From the human T2T-CHM13v2.0 reference genome, Homo sapiens, in the NCBI RefSeq assembly GCF_009914755.1, contig NC_060928.1: DNA of 64,000 nucleotides; one strand, given 5' to 3'. This document shows, piece after piece, positions 26,901 to 40,275 of the stretch (its first letter is position 1; the number at the start of each line of letters is the position of its first letter). The notes under the pieces were generated by a model that ran no database searches, had not been told where the DNA came from, and saw nothing but the letters and a program-made list of their open reading frames with translations. The translations under genes were made by a program, and so were the position numbers.

Positions 26901-28251
26901 TTCTTCGGAGCTCTTGAAGTTAAATAATTCTTACAAATACTTAAGCATTTGTATTTCAAAAGGAGCTTGTATACCTCTATTTTAGGACTTTAACAGTCTG
27001 TCTGAAATAAAACTTGATTGGCGTAGGTTACTCTGTATGAGATGAAGTAGTGTTAACATTTACTTGATACCTGCAGAGAAAAGCAAGCAAATCATATTTA
27101 TATAGTGTATTAAAAGATATTGCATGCAGCTGTTTTCAACTTGATTTTTATTTAGACAGTGGAAGGGTAAAAACAACTTTAAAGCTTTCTGTGATGATGG
27201 CTTTAGAGACAAAGGCCAGCATTCACACACTTTTGGCTCAGAAAAACATTTAAGACCAAAAAGATTTATTAACCAGAATTCTTTTAAGAACACGCCAAAT
27301 TAAATTTTAAATCTGCGTATCAAAATGTGTAACTAGATTTTTGGCCCAGAACAGTCATCAAAATGAAAAAACAGTTTCATTCAATTAACATTTCTATCAA
27401 ATCTGGGGACACAGAGTTTTATACTTTAAATGAATATGGATGTAAAATTTCATGCATTTAAATAACTTGCACATTTCAAATAGACTTGACTTCCAGTTTC
27501 TAAAATAAAGTAAAATGAACTAAGAATTTGTATTCAAAATTAAATATTCACTACCATTGTATGTGATGGAAAAAATAGTTGCTCATAAAGTGAGAAATCT
27601 CTTACCAGGATCTGAAACTATAATAGGAAAGTGCCAACCAATTCATGGTCTTCAGTGTCATCCAGGGCCCAGCCAATATCTCCTAGTCTCTGGTGCATTA
27701 TCTCCAACTCTCCTCAGTAATTCTTGCAAATCTTCACCAGTATAGTTGCCTATGATCCCCATTTTTCAGCGTATGACCATTTCTTGGACTTCTTTGAGAA
27801 AATATTGTTCATCACATATGAAATCTCAAATCCATCTCTTACAGTCATTCTAATTTGACTTCACTACTCTCTCTTTTCGTCTGAATTTTTTAATCTCCTA
27901 ACGGACAATCACCCTACATGTGATCTTAATATTTTTACCTCCTGCCTACACGGTGAACTTACTCCATAAATTGCTTCTCTTCCCTATATTATTATTCTTA
28001 CCATCTTCCTCTAAGTTTGTCCTTAAATTCTGTATAAAGAATGCTGATATTTTAATAGGGATATTAAAAAATTATGTTTTCTTATACCTGCATCTCCCTA
28101 CATCTAGTGCGGTATATCTATCTACCCTTCCATATAGAGTCCTGTTTCCAAGTGGACTAGTATATGTTCTATGTTCACATTTCCTTGCCTTACCCTTTTT
28201 TACACCAAAATCTGCTCTTACTCTTCCACTATAACATCCTTTGCCAGAGTT

Positions 28252-28784
28252 ATTAAAAAGACAAGATGCTAACATTTTAATCCGCAATTTTATCAAACAA
28301 ATTCCACTTGGCACAATTAGCATTAAGTATATAAAACTGCACTCTCTTTGTTTTATTTTAATGTGCCATCGAAGACACACCTCTGTTAATTTCAGGGCAT
28401 AGTTAACACAATTATAAATATATACAATCTGGCCTTGGACTAACTTGGAAACTTGGGTCCAATCTTGGTTCTACCACATAGTGCCTGAGTGCTGAGTGGC
28501 TTGGCTAAGTTACCTAAACTTCATTCATTTAAAATTCCCTCACTTGTAAAAGGGACTTGAGTAATAGTATCTACTCTACAGTGCTATGGTGAAGATTACA
28601 TAGGATAAAATACTAAAGTCACTGGCATTTAATAAATTATCAAAAAATTAAAAACCACATGCTGCTAACATTTTAATTCACAATTTTATCAAACAAATAC
28701 CACTTGGGACAATTAGTATTAACTAATGCCCTGAAATTAACAGAGGTGTGTCTTTGATGACACATTAAAATGAAAAAGAAGAGT
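28252..28784. repeat. Local direct plus inverted duplication (A-B-MIR-A'-B'inv)
   Basis: A (28267-28326) matches A' (28663-28722) directly. B (28341-28406) matches the reverse complement of B' (28719-28784). Confidence 0.9.
28430..28640 (+). mobile_element. MIR
   Basis: TTGGGTCCAATCTTGGTTCTACCAC...TTGGCTAAGTTACCTAA...CCTCACTTGTAAAA...GTAATAGTATCTAC. Confidence 0.7.
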
Positions 28785-28880
28785 ATAGGAGGAAGAAAGA
28801 GAAGAGGGTAGACAATAGAAGAAAAAGATAGAAGAAGCCCTTATTTTATTAAAAAAAGGCTCCAGACTTGTAGATTCCCT

Positions 28881-29549
28881 TGTTAAAGAAGAAACAAAGT
28901 CAGACTTGAAGGAGAGACTTTATTTGAAAAGATTACTGGAATAGGAGAAGAGTGACTATTGCAATAGAGAGAATGCTACAAACATGAGACCTATAAATGT
29001 CTCAAACGTCAGACAGAAAATTCTTTTATTGGGAAGAGTTAACAAGGATAGAAATGATCAGGCGTAGGGAGTGGGATGAGCAGGTGGTGTGGTAGGATAG
29101 TTGAGCAGGCAGTCTCTTTCTTTGCTGTCAGCCAGTTCTCAGGAGAGGCCACTGAGGGTGAGGATGGTTGCTGTACTTTCCATTATCTGCTTAGGCACCC
29201 AATGCTTGCTTAAAGTACAAGGTTGGGTCAAATTTTGGGAACCTCCAAAGAAAGAAGCCTGACTCAAATTTGATAAAGACAAGTTAATGAGCATTTTGTT
29301 CAAATCGGTCAGTGGGTACAAACAGTTCAGCTAGTTGTTTGTGAGACAAAAAAATGGGAATTTGAAACATCTGTGTCTGGCCTTCTACAAGGCGAAACAA
29401 AAAGGTCATACCTGAGCCTTATCTAGGTCTTATGGGAGAAGTGTGGTTCTCTGCAGTAAGCCCTTTCCCAGAACATAAAGAGTGGGGAGATTTCTTAATC
29501 ATCACTATTTTCCAGAAGCACAGGACTCAGGTACAGTTCAATATTGTCA
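28881..29549 (-). mobile_element. ERV1 (MER4-group, MER67/MER31-like) solo LTR
   Basis: TGTT...TGTCA termini, ~670 bp. The reverse strand starts TGACAATATTGAACTGTACCTGAGTCCTGTGC. AATAAA on the minus strand at ~28920. Confidence 0.7.
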
Positions 29550-30270
29550 CTCTTTTCTTATCTCTGGAGCTTCAGTACCACTTATTCTATACCCTAATGG
29601 TTAGTGGCTGGCTGGCTCAGCCAGGGCGAGAATCTGGTTTTCCAGTAGCACTGGATAGGTGATGATAGAAAGAGGCCATGAGTTTGGGATAACTTATACA
29701 GTTGTTATTTTTTAAGTACTTAAACTTGTAAGTGTCAGGATCTTCACTGGGTGAAAGAACCTCACATATCTGCCTTAGTTAGGGTTCCACTGTTGTTGCT
29801 TGTTATTTTCTATATCCCTTTTCTGTGTTCCTCTAATTACTGGAGTTGTAACCAGCCCCAAGTAAATTGAGAAAGAAAGCTGTTATGTAGACATGCCCTA
29901 CTTTAATGTTAGGAATAGACAATTACTAGAATAGACTTTTCCTTGAATGTGTATTCATGCAGATGCTTAGTTTAAAAATAGAGAAATAATAATAGAATTG
30001 ATTTAAAAGATTTCTGCATAGTTTATTTAAAAAGATATTTGATCGCTAGGCTTTTCTACTATTAGTGTTAGGTTTCTGCCATATTAAAAATTGTTATTTT
30101 TTTAATTTTCCAAAAGTCTGTTGAATATTTGTACATACACCCCCAAAATTAATGTATATTAGAAATAACTATTATGCTTTGGTGAGTTTATTGGCTAATT
30201 TAATCAGTATTCTCATAAGTATGTGATTCCTTATACTCCAGAACCAAAAATTGAATATGAAAATATTTCA

Positions 30271-30617
30271 GCTGGGCATAGTGGCTCACATCTGTAATCT
30301 CAGCACTTTGGGAGGCTGAAGCAGGAGGATTGTTTGAGCCCAGGAGTTTAAGACTAGCCTGGGGAATATAGCAAGACCTTGTCTAAAAATTAGTGAAGCA
30401 CAGCAGTGCATGTCTGTAGTCCCAGCCTCTCAGAAGAGTGAAGATGGAGAATCTCTTGAACCTAAGAATTCGAGGCTGCAGTGAGTTATGATCATTATAA
30501 TCACATCATTGCACTCCATCCTGGGTGACAGGGCAAGACCCTCTCTCTAAAAAACAAACAAAAACCAAGAAGGAAGGAAGAAGGAAGGAAAGAAGGAAGG
30601 AAGGAAGGAAGGAAGGA
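30271..30617 (+). mobile_element. AluJ with (GGAA)n tail
   Basis: Diverged dimer with a shortened linker; the tail becomes GGAA/GAAG repeats at 30568-30617. TSD ~AAATATTTCA / AAACTATTTCA. Confidence 0.92.
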
Positions 30618-33600
30618 GAAAAACTATTTCACTCATAGACACAACAGCTCTATGATTTTTCCCGGAGACCCTCTTCCTTTAGGTCTCAGTGTTCCTTTTC
30701 TGAACTGGACTGCTCTTCTCTTGCCAGCCACACAGCTGACACCTTGTAAATTCTGTCCATCCCTCACTTGTGTTGGATGCACTATTATTTCCTGATTATT
30801 TCCATTTTTCTCTTAATTTTCTCCTTAATTTTGATGGAACACATCTTCTAACAACTCTCCCTCTATTCTCTTCATTGTAAAGTTATTTTATTTTATTTCT
30901 TTAGTTAGTAGAGAAAAAAATGGACACACTTCATCCACTCCTATTTTTAACTTTTTTCCTCTCATAAGTACTATTTTTCAAATGAATGTGAAAACCAACC
31001 CCAAAGATTAAGACGAATACTGTGGCTTATGAGGATTACCTTCATCTCAGCTTGAAAATATAGAAAATCCTACACATTTAAAACTATAGTTAATTTCATT
31101 TATTAAGTATTGTCTTTACATTCCAAGAATAAAAATCACTTAAGGGGCCAATATGTGATGTAACAAAGGGAAGGGAATTTAGGACTTTCCACAAGAAGAA
31201 TGAATGAAATAAGCTCTATTAATCATTTCCAAAGGAAAGGACATTTTAATTCCAACTACTATAAACCTGCTTTCTGTTTACATGGTAAGGCAAGAACTGT
31301 GGATAAATATGAGCTTTAGAAAACTGAAGAATGTTATATCTGTATCAGTTTGCATCCCAGCTTTGACCTTCTCCTGGTTAATTTTCTTACCTTGATAAGT
31401 AAGAGTATCTTTTTTACTGTTCCCATCTATCCTTAATAGATATGGCCACATCAATGCAGAATACTTCCTAGATGACTAAATAGAGATTGACAAAATGGGC
31501 CTATATGACTGAGAAAACTAGCATTTTAAAGTAGTTCTTAGTTGACTTTACTGAATAACCAAGAATAGATAAAGTAATAACAATAATAACTCTATTCACA
31601 AGCTCTTCACATTACCATGAACAGAGGCAGTTTTAAAATGAGGCCTCGTATGTTTTGCTGACTTGTGCAGCTTCAGAACTCATCTGAGTGCCTGGCATAT
31701 AAAGGAAGTCAATAAATGTTTGTGGCTGAATGAGCACTCTTTTGATTAGCTTTCAAAGTCTTTGCTATCATCTGATGATTCTACATTATGTTTGCTAATT
31801 TTCTGTCAAATCCCCTTTGTTTTGTAGTTATGTCTCCAGAATCAGTTTACCACTAATCTTATAAAATGTGGCTTTGTCCAAAACATACTTAAGTACTGCT
31901 GCTACTATGTATAACATTCTCGCTAGAATATTACAGCTACTGGCTTTATTATTTTTGTTTTGACCATGACATTAATGAAGGATGCTGCTACTGATGATGA
32001 TAATAATGGTGAATATGAAGGTGATGTAACAATATCATTTTCTTCTTAAACCAGATTTATCTTGCATTCCTCTTAGTTTTTATCATAGAGGAATCTTGCA
32101 TCTTCAATAAAAACCAAGTTACCCACCATCTACTTTTTTTTCATGTAGATATACACAAATCATCTACATTTCTTCATTGTTTTCTACTCAAAAGCCTTCT
32201 GTTTCTGCTGATTTCATGCTCTTTTTTTAGCTCCCCAATGAAACAACTATCTCACTATTATTTCCCTCCTTGGGTGAGGGGGGCGGGCTACATGCTTTCA
32301 GTTTTTATGCTGTTAGGGTCCCAGCAGTAAAGTGATGGCATGCTAAAATTGAGATCGTTTGAACAGTCTATATTTACAAAGGGACTAATTACCCAAAAAT
32401 AAGCAAGACATAAAGGAATCACAAAAAAGAGACTGAAACAGGAGCTAACAGCAGCAGCGCTATAGCCATTCCTAAGGACTCACAAACAAAGAAAAAGAGG
32501 AAGAAAGAGAGTCATGTGGCAGCTTGAGAGAACCGGAGACTTCAGTTGAGGAATATCACCAGGCCAAGGCAAAACTCAGGAAAGGAACAGAGAAATAAAC
32601 AGCCTAACCTCAGCCTCTTCCCTCCTCCTCCCTCCCTCATCCTCTCTTCATGCTAGTGCTTCCCACTATTTTAACCAAGACAGAAGCCAAACTTCAAAGG
32701 AATTTGTTGATGTAATTGATACAGGTCAGGCACCTGGGGGAGAGAGCAGGTTGGGGAAGAGACACCGGATGTGGAGTGGGAAGCTATCTGACCCACCGTT
32801 CCACCTCTGTTTTTCAGCATGTATTCTTATCCTGCATCCTGCTTAGTCATACAGTCTGAAGAGCAGGGCAGCTTGTACTCTAATCTGAACTTGTTTCAGG
32901 GTCCATATTGGCTTTGGAATCTGCTCAAAACTATACCCTTACAGGTCATCTGATAAAAGAACTGGAACAACATGTCCAAATGTGATCTATGTACATTTCT
33001 TCCTAAACCCAAAAGGTTTGCCAAGCACTGTGCTGCTTTCCTTCGTGATGAGATATGCAAAGCACATCTTCTCATCTTATACTTTAGAGGAGAAAATCTG
33101 ACAAGCATCATGTTATAGATATATACAAACCTCACTGACAGGCCAGGTTTCTGAATTTTCCCTGGGTTTATTTTTAACCCTGTGGCTCACATATCTTACT
33201 AAGACATACAGGTACTTGCTACTTCTTGATCACTTGATCCTACCAGCACAAAGCTATCAATGTAATGGACATATGGGATGTTTTGTCAATAGCAATGTTA
33301 AGTTGGTCCCTCCTGTTTTATAAAAAAAAATAATAATTGGCATAGTCCTGAGCCAAGACAAAGAAAATGCAGTATGATTAAAGCTATATGCATCTAGATT
33401 ATTTCTGATTTTGCTTACCCATGGGGATAGAGAAGAATACACTCAACAAATCAATAGCTAAATACCAGGAACAAGGATTCATGTTTAATTGTGCCAGTAA
33501 AAATAACACATCTGTAACTGTGGCTGTGAATTGCATCACTACTTTCATTTAGTTCATGAAAACCTGAAGTGCTCCATACTGTATTCATGTGAATTTGTTT

Positions 33601-34759
33601 CTTTTTGTTGACCAAACAGATAAGTATAGTGAAAATATATTAGGAATTATCATCCTTGCATCTTTATTTAGTCTTTGATAGTGTTCCTAGTCTCTATCGT
33701 CATTTCAGGAATGTGATATTACTTTACTTTGGGTACAATATCTCTGCTGATGAAAGCTTGGGAGCTTTAATTTGGCTTTAATTTGCACTATAATAGCTCT
33801 CACTTTGTAGTCAGATAATCAATTTTAATATTCTGCCAGTCATTTATAAAATCATCCATTTTAACTTTTATTATGGGATTATGGAAATAACATGATTGAT
33901 TTGCCCTCACATACAAGATCCATTCCAATGTTCCCAATTTCCTGAGTTTTCAGTTTCTTCCTGTATAGTATGCCAACATGTCAGGCATGTTGGTTTTATT
34001 AAGTGTAGGCTAATGTTGAGTTGTGTCTACTGTTCTGGCATACTTTCATTACCACTCCTATGTACTTGAGCCAATACATCATATCCTGAGCCCAAATTAG
34101 GTTCACTGTTGTCAATAAATTTGAGCTATTTAAAAGGTACATTTCTTCTCCTTTTGCCAAATATCGATACATCCTTCAGCCACACATGCTCTTTGGGATT
34201 CTGGAGATGAAGTCTGAGGGAGGGGGGATCTTGTAATTCTCTTAAAGTACTGTTATTTCCTGGTTCATGTCTGTAACCCCTTGGTCACTATAAATTACAT
34301 TGAGATCAAACTCAAGTATAGCCCTGTAGAAAGCAAAAAGTGATGAAGGCGAGAATTGGTATCAGCTTGAGAATCCATTGTTGCAAGAGAGCTTTAATGC
34401 AGAGGTGAACTGGGATCCCTCAGATAGGGGGATAGCTTGCCTCCTATAACATGAGCACTTCAGGGAAATAATATTCATAGCCAATGTTTTAGGGTTCACT
34501 CTTTCCCTGTCAGTGTCATTACTTTAGTGTAAGAAATTTGTTGGGATAGAGTGTCTAATTTGTGCTGTGACTTTGAGACCTTTACAATTCTATACTTGAT
34601 TGTCAGCTACATCTACCCTGTGACTATAAGAAATAAGATATTTCAAAATTGTCTTGGAGAACTTTTGGTTCTTCATACATGGTCATACATTTTATAGCCG
34701 TAGTTTTTCATTTCTCTTTGTTTTTCTATCTATGTTCTCTAGGGTGTTAAGAAGTAGTC

Positions 34760-35103
<344 letters not shown>

Positions 35104-35127
35104 TTACTGTAAGCTATTCTGTTACTA

Positions 35128-35682
35128 TGTATGTTGCAGAGCTCTAAGATCATCCCCTAGTTCATTGATTTACTAGGAGAAGTTTAGGACTTGCTTAGAG
35201 TCATATTTATGATATGATTTATTAGAACAAAAGGATACAAAGATAAATAAACAAAGAGAAAGGCAAAATAAGTGAAGAGCAGGGGAAACCAGGCACAAGC
35301 TTCCAAGAGCACTTTGCCAGCAGAGTCACATGGGAACTGCTTAATTCCTCTCACATGATTTGTGACAGCAAGTAGAATATGTCTACCAGGGAGCTCAATA
35401 GATATTCAGTTTGCAGGGTTTGAACTGGGGGCTAGTCACATAGGTACTTGCTTCCTAGCACATACCAAAATTTCAGACTACCAAAGGAAATCAAGTGTTC
35501 AACATAAAATGCATTATGTGTACAAAGAGTATAATCATAATGAGCTACTCTAAGTAGTTCTGGGAATGGTGAGAATCATTCCCCAAATCAGAAAAACCAC
35601 ATTTCGGCCAAGAACAAATCTTGCAAGCAAGCCTATTAAGGATAGAAATCTTAAGCCTGTTATGATTTATCTTTTCTGCGCA
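35128..35682 (-). mobile_element. MER77-like (MER21 group) solo LTR nested in the ERVL
   Basis: GGAAACCAGGCACAAGCTTCCAAGAG...ACCAAAATTTCAGACT...CTTTTCTGCGCA matches the recalled reverse MER77. Confidence 0.75.
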
Positions 35683-38189
35683 CCATATAACTGTCATAGC
35701 CACTTCTTCTTCCAAAACCTCACTTTTTGCGTGCACTTTATCCCATGTCCCTTTAGTGAGCATTTGGATAATTATGTTTTTTTACATGAAATGAATTACC
35801 TGTGTCTCATTTTCCTCTGGCAAGGAAGTCATCATGTGCTCCTTAAATATGCAACAAACAAAACTGCAGAATCTCATTTTAAAGACCAGTTTCTAGATAT
35901 CACTTCCAGTGACAATTACTGTGTCAATCAGAGGCCCAGTAGGAAATAAATGGGATATGTAAAATTGAGATATATCAAGAAAAAGGCATTTGCAAAGGAT
36001 ATGCTCACAGAGGTTAGAGCAGGGAAACCATAAAGGATTATGAAGAAAAAAGGACTAATAGCTGCAGAGATACTAACACCCTAGGCACTAGGGAACAATA
36101 GAAGGAGAGCTTTTCTGAACCCAGAAAGGAAAAATGTTACACTGGTCAGGTAACCTCAGGAGAGGTAGTGGCCCTCTGCTGATGGATGCAACCAGCCACC
36201 CTACCTACTGAAAATTAGGGAAATAACTACCTTATTCTCAAATATGCTCATTATCTTCTCTCCTTTAGATTTCTTCCAGTATTTCCCAGTGACCCAACCC
36301 AATCAGAAGCCAGAGTGTGTGGGATCTCACTGATGTCATCAATTTAGTTCACCCTTCCATAGTTGAGGAAAATTTGGGAGAGGTTAAAGAGTGTGACCTA
36401 AAGAGGCAAATATAATATTTTTGTCACAGTTTATAATCTCTTTCCCCATTGGCCAAGAATTTTGTACCCTTTGATTCAAATGTTTTCTGACATCTCACAT
36501 CCTCAAGGAATAATTCTAAAAATAAATTACAAGTAATGAGTTTCCTTTCTCCTTACTCTCTAAACGGTCAGGTCTTACTGCTTATCACCCATCAGCTTGT
36601 CCAGAATGAATCATAGACATTTCTTTCACACTTTTATGTTTCTCAGTGTCACATTTTCCATGTTTTTAAATTGTTTAGTGTCTGAATGCCCTCAAGATCT
36701 ACTCGTCTATTCACTTCATGTTGTATAAAACATCATACTTTGTAAAACTGCTAATTGACAAATTCTCCATATATTTGCTAAATCAATGAATAAAATGTAT
36801 AGCTCAGCATTCTATACATGTAAATAAGACATTAATTTATATTCTATCATTGCTAAAATCTGGCTCAGTCAAATGTTTAGTGGTGAAAAAGGAGCATTAG
36901 TTTATAAGTCAATAGGCTGGGACTCTAACCAATTCCGCTACTTGCCAGAAATACATCTTGATAAAGGAAAGTTTTCTCTATTTCATTATTTTCACTTGCG
37001 ATGTGAAGACCTTGTAAACAATGACCTCTAGGACCTCTTCCAGGTCCTAGACTTATAAGTCTGTTGATTTTAGTACAAATTGTTAGCCTTTTCCCATTTC
37101 CTCCAGTGCATATATAGAGTGCTTTCAAGAGGATGTAGAATTTCTAGGCCAGTTATTCTACAGAGTCGAAGTATTCTTCATTTTAAAGACAAATTACCCA
37201 GTATTGGCTTATGTAACACAATGTTCCTGTTTAATTTTAAGTGTTAGAATTATAAAGGAAACATGTTCTTGGATTGGCCTTTTCTCGTGATTCCATTACA
37301 ATGACTTATGGAGTAATATTTTAATGGTAAAACTGTTCGTTTGTCTGAAACACGCTATGCCAATTTTCATATGGTACTTTTAATTGCATCTAAGTTATGC
37401 ATTCAACTTTTAGACTATTAATACTTCAAATGAATATATATCAACATAATGAATTTCAAAGTCTATATGATAATCTTTGTCTTTTTTATTATATATAATT
37501 AGTTGCTACTTCCAACTGAAATATAAGCAAGCATTACATTTTGTCTATTTACATACTTTTTAAAAAAAGTTTTGCCACCTAAAGAATGAGTTAAGCCATG
37601 TAATAAATCAGAGCCCAGGAGTGGTCTAACCCACTGCTGATGGGAATAGAATAATTGAAACTTTTAACTGGCAATATCATTACTATATTTCCACATTAAA
37701 AACATTACTCTGGCTTCTTTGAACAAAATTATTATAAGAAACCAAAGATAGAAACTGAAACCTCAGGAGGCTACTCCAATAAGTCTGCAACTTCCAATAA
37801 GTCACAGAGATAGCTGGCTTGAAGATGTGGCAGTAGGAATAGAATTAAAAGGATGTTTTCAAAAAACACCGGGAAGGTAAAATTAGCAGAATGTGCTGAT
37901 TTGTTGGGTAATGGTAGTTGCAGGAAAGAGTAAGACAAGAATAACTCTTAGAAATTTAACTTGACCTTCTAGTAATGAAGCTGTCGTGTATAGACAACAG
38001 AATGGTAGAGATTAAGAATATTGAGAGGTATGGGTAGAGACATGTATTAAGCTTTGGATGCATTTCATTGAGTTGGTCATGTATTATTCAAAAGACCTTC
38101 ATTAAATGTGTCTAGTCCGAAGAGGTAGAAACAAAAACAATCAATACTTAGATAAAACAGAAACCCTGGAAATGGGTGAGGTCTAAGTT

Positions 38190-38450
38190 TCTGTAGCACA
38201 TTATTTTAAGAAAGTAGGTAAGACATAAATTCTGGCACTAGACTGACTAGATTTGAATCTTGACCCTGACATGTATCATCTGAATTATCTTGATTAAGTT
38301 TATTAACTCCTCTGTGCCTTAGTATTCTAACTTTAAAAATAGGAATAATGATAATGAATAACTTATGGACATGTTGAGAGGATTAATTAAAGTACATTCA
38401 GTACATAGACTAGTGCCTGGCAATAAATAAATGCTCAGTAAATGTTGGAT
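38190..38450 (+). mobile_element. MIR
   Basis: CTGGCACTAGACTGACTAGATTTGAATC...CTCTGTGCCTTAGT...AGTGCCTGGCA...GCTCAGTAAATGTTGG. Confidence 0.8.
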
Positions 38451-40089
38451 CATCATCATCTTATCCTAGAGACAGAGTAGTAAGGGAAAGGAGTTCAGGA
38501 CAGAGTAATGAGAAGTTTCAACATTTAGCAATGATTTAGAAAAAAAAAATAAAGATTGTGAAGATACTTCAGAGAGCATGGTATAAATCAAGTAAGAAAA
38601 GAAGGAAGGAGACATTGGAAACAGCTGAAAGATGAAGCCATATGATAACTTCAAAGATGTCCACTAGACAAAATAGCATCAATGTAACTTTCTACCTCAG
38701 TCCATTTAAGCAAAATAATGAGAGCAAAAAGCCGTTCATCATGTTTGAGTGGTTAATAGGATATAACAAAATGGAGAGTATATAAAACTCTTTCAGAAAG
38801 TTATCTGTGAAGGTCAGGTAGCTAAAATGTCGTAGAATGGGCAATAAGTGTAAAACAGATAGAAATGTACTAATAATATTCTAATGGAGAGATTTGAAGG
38901 CAGAGAAAATGGTAGGTCATGAAAGGAGAGTAGTCAAAGTTTCTGAAATAGAAAAACAAGACTGTGCTCAAGGACTAATGGTATAGTGGGGAGATTACAG
39001 GTTATAGCAAAAAAGAAATATAACTTCTAGTTGTAACAGAAGAATAGAGAAAATATGTTAATATTTAAGATTTTGTAATAGTTTGTTGTGATGAGGCAAG
39101 GTAATTTCTTTTTTTTTTCACTGAAATAGGAGGCAAAGATATGTCTGAGGCTTGCAGTTTGAGAATATGGAGAAACTTTGTTATAGTAAATATGGAGCAT
39201 AGAAGTGAGGACCACTTAGAAATATTTAATTGATTATAAAGAAACATTAAGTGAAGTTCTGAGATTAATGTCCATGAGTTTATATTGGCACCAGTGTGCC
39301 CTAATGTATAAGACTCACCAGTCTTTATTAGCTATTTAGGTGCAAATATGGATAAGGTGGTCAATTTTATTAGGTAACAGTTGAGATTCAGGTGATGAAT
39401 GTTAATAACAGAGACTTGGAGAATTTCGGTATAGATATCAATTTATGATATCAAATCTGTATTGGAAGGGAAGTAATACAAAGAAGATTTTGATGAATAA
39501 GGAAGAAGAACAAGGGTTGAGAATAATCTAGGAGCACAGTATATTGCAGTAAGATAATGGGATTTCAAAGCTATTGGTCTGAGACGACTAATACATTTGA
39601 ATGTCAGAACAATACTGAGTATAGTCATGGGTCAGAGACCCAGTTAAGGAGAGAAGTTTTTCCTCATCAATGCAGCCCTTGTGGATTTCAGTCCTTGATC
39701 ACCCTCTTGTCTGGTGTTTGTATGTAGTTCGCAAACTACAAAGTCTTTTACAACAGTCATTCTTGGTGTATAGCTAGTGGAGGTGAAATGGGAAGATTAT
39801 TGTAGTTGAGGGGAATTGAGAAACCAGCGTGAGGAATTGATCCTCTGTGGATTCTGTAATCCAGAATAATGGAAGTACTTGAAAGTCAAAGAAAGTCTTC
39901 AATGCAGATACCAAAGAATCAGTGAGTAATGATGAGTGAATCAGTGATTTTCTGTAATGCAGAGACAAAGAGAAGCAGAAGTGACCTTCTTAGATAATAA
40001 AAGACTTGACTTTACTGAGAAAAACACCAACTTGTACTGCCTACACAGAGGTAGCTAGGCTGTTACTTGATTTTCATTTAGTTAACACA

Positions 40090-40275
40090 ACACTGTGTCT
40101 CACAAACTGTTCTAAGCACTTGAGAAATATTAACATACTTAATTCTCATAACAACATTATAAACACTACTTTCATACATACTTAACAGAAGGGGATCTGT
40201 AAGCCCATAAAGTTAAGCAGTCTCTCCAAAGCTATGTAACTAGTAAAATAATGGAAACGAGGTTCAACCTAGATG
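40090..40275 (-). mobile_element. MIR fragment
   Basis: ACTGTTCTAAGCACTT...TTAATTCTCATAACAAC...GTTAAGCAG, the reverse MIR pattern. Confidence 0.6.
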
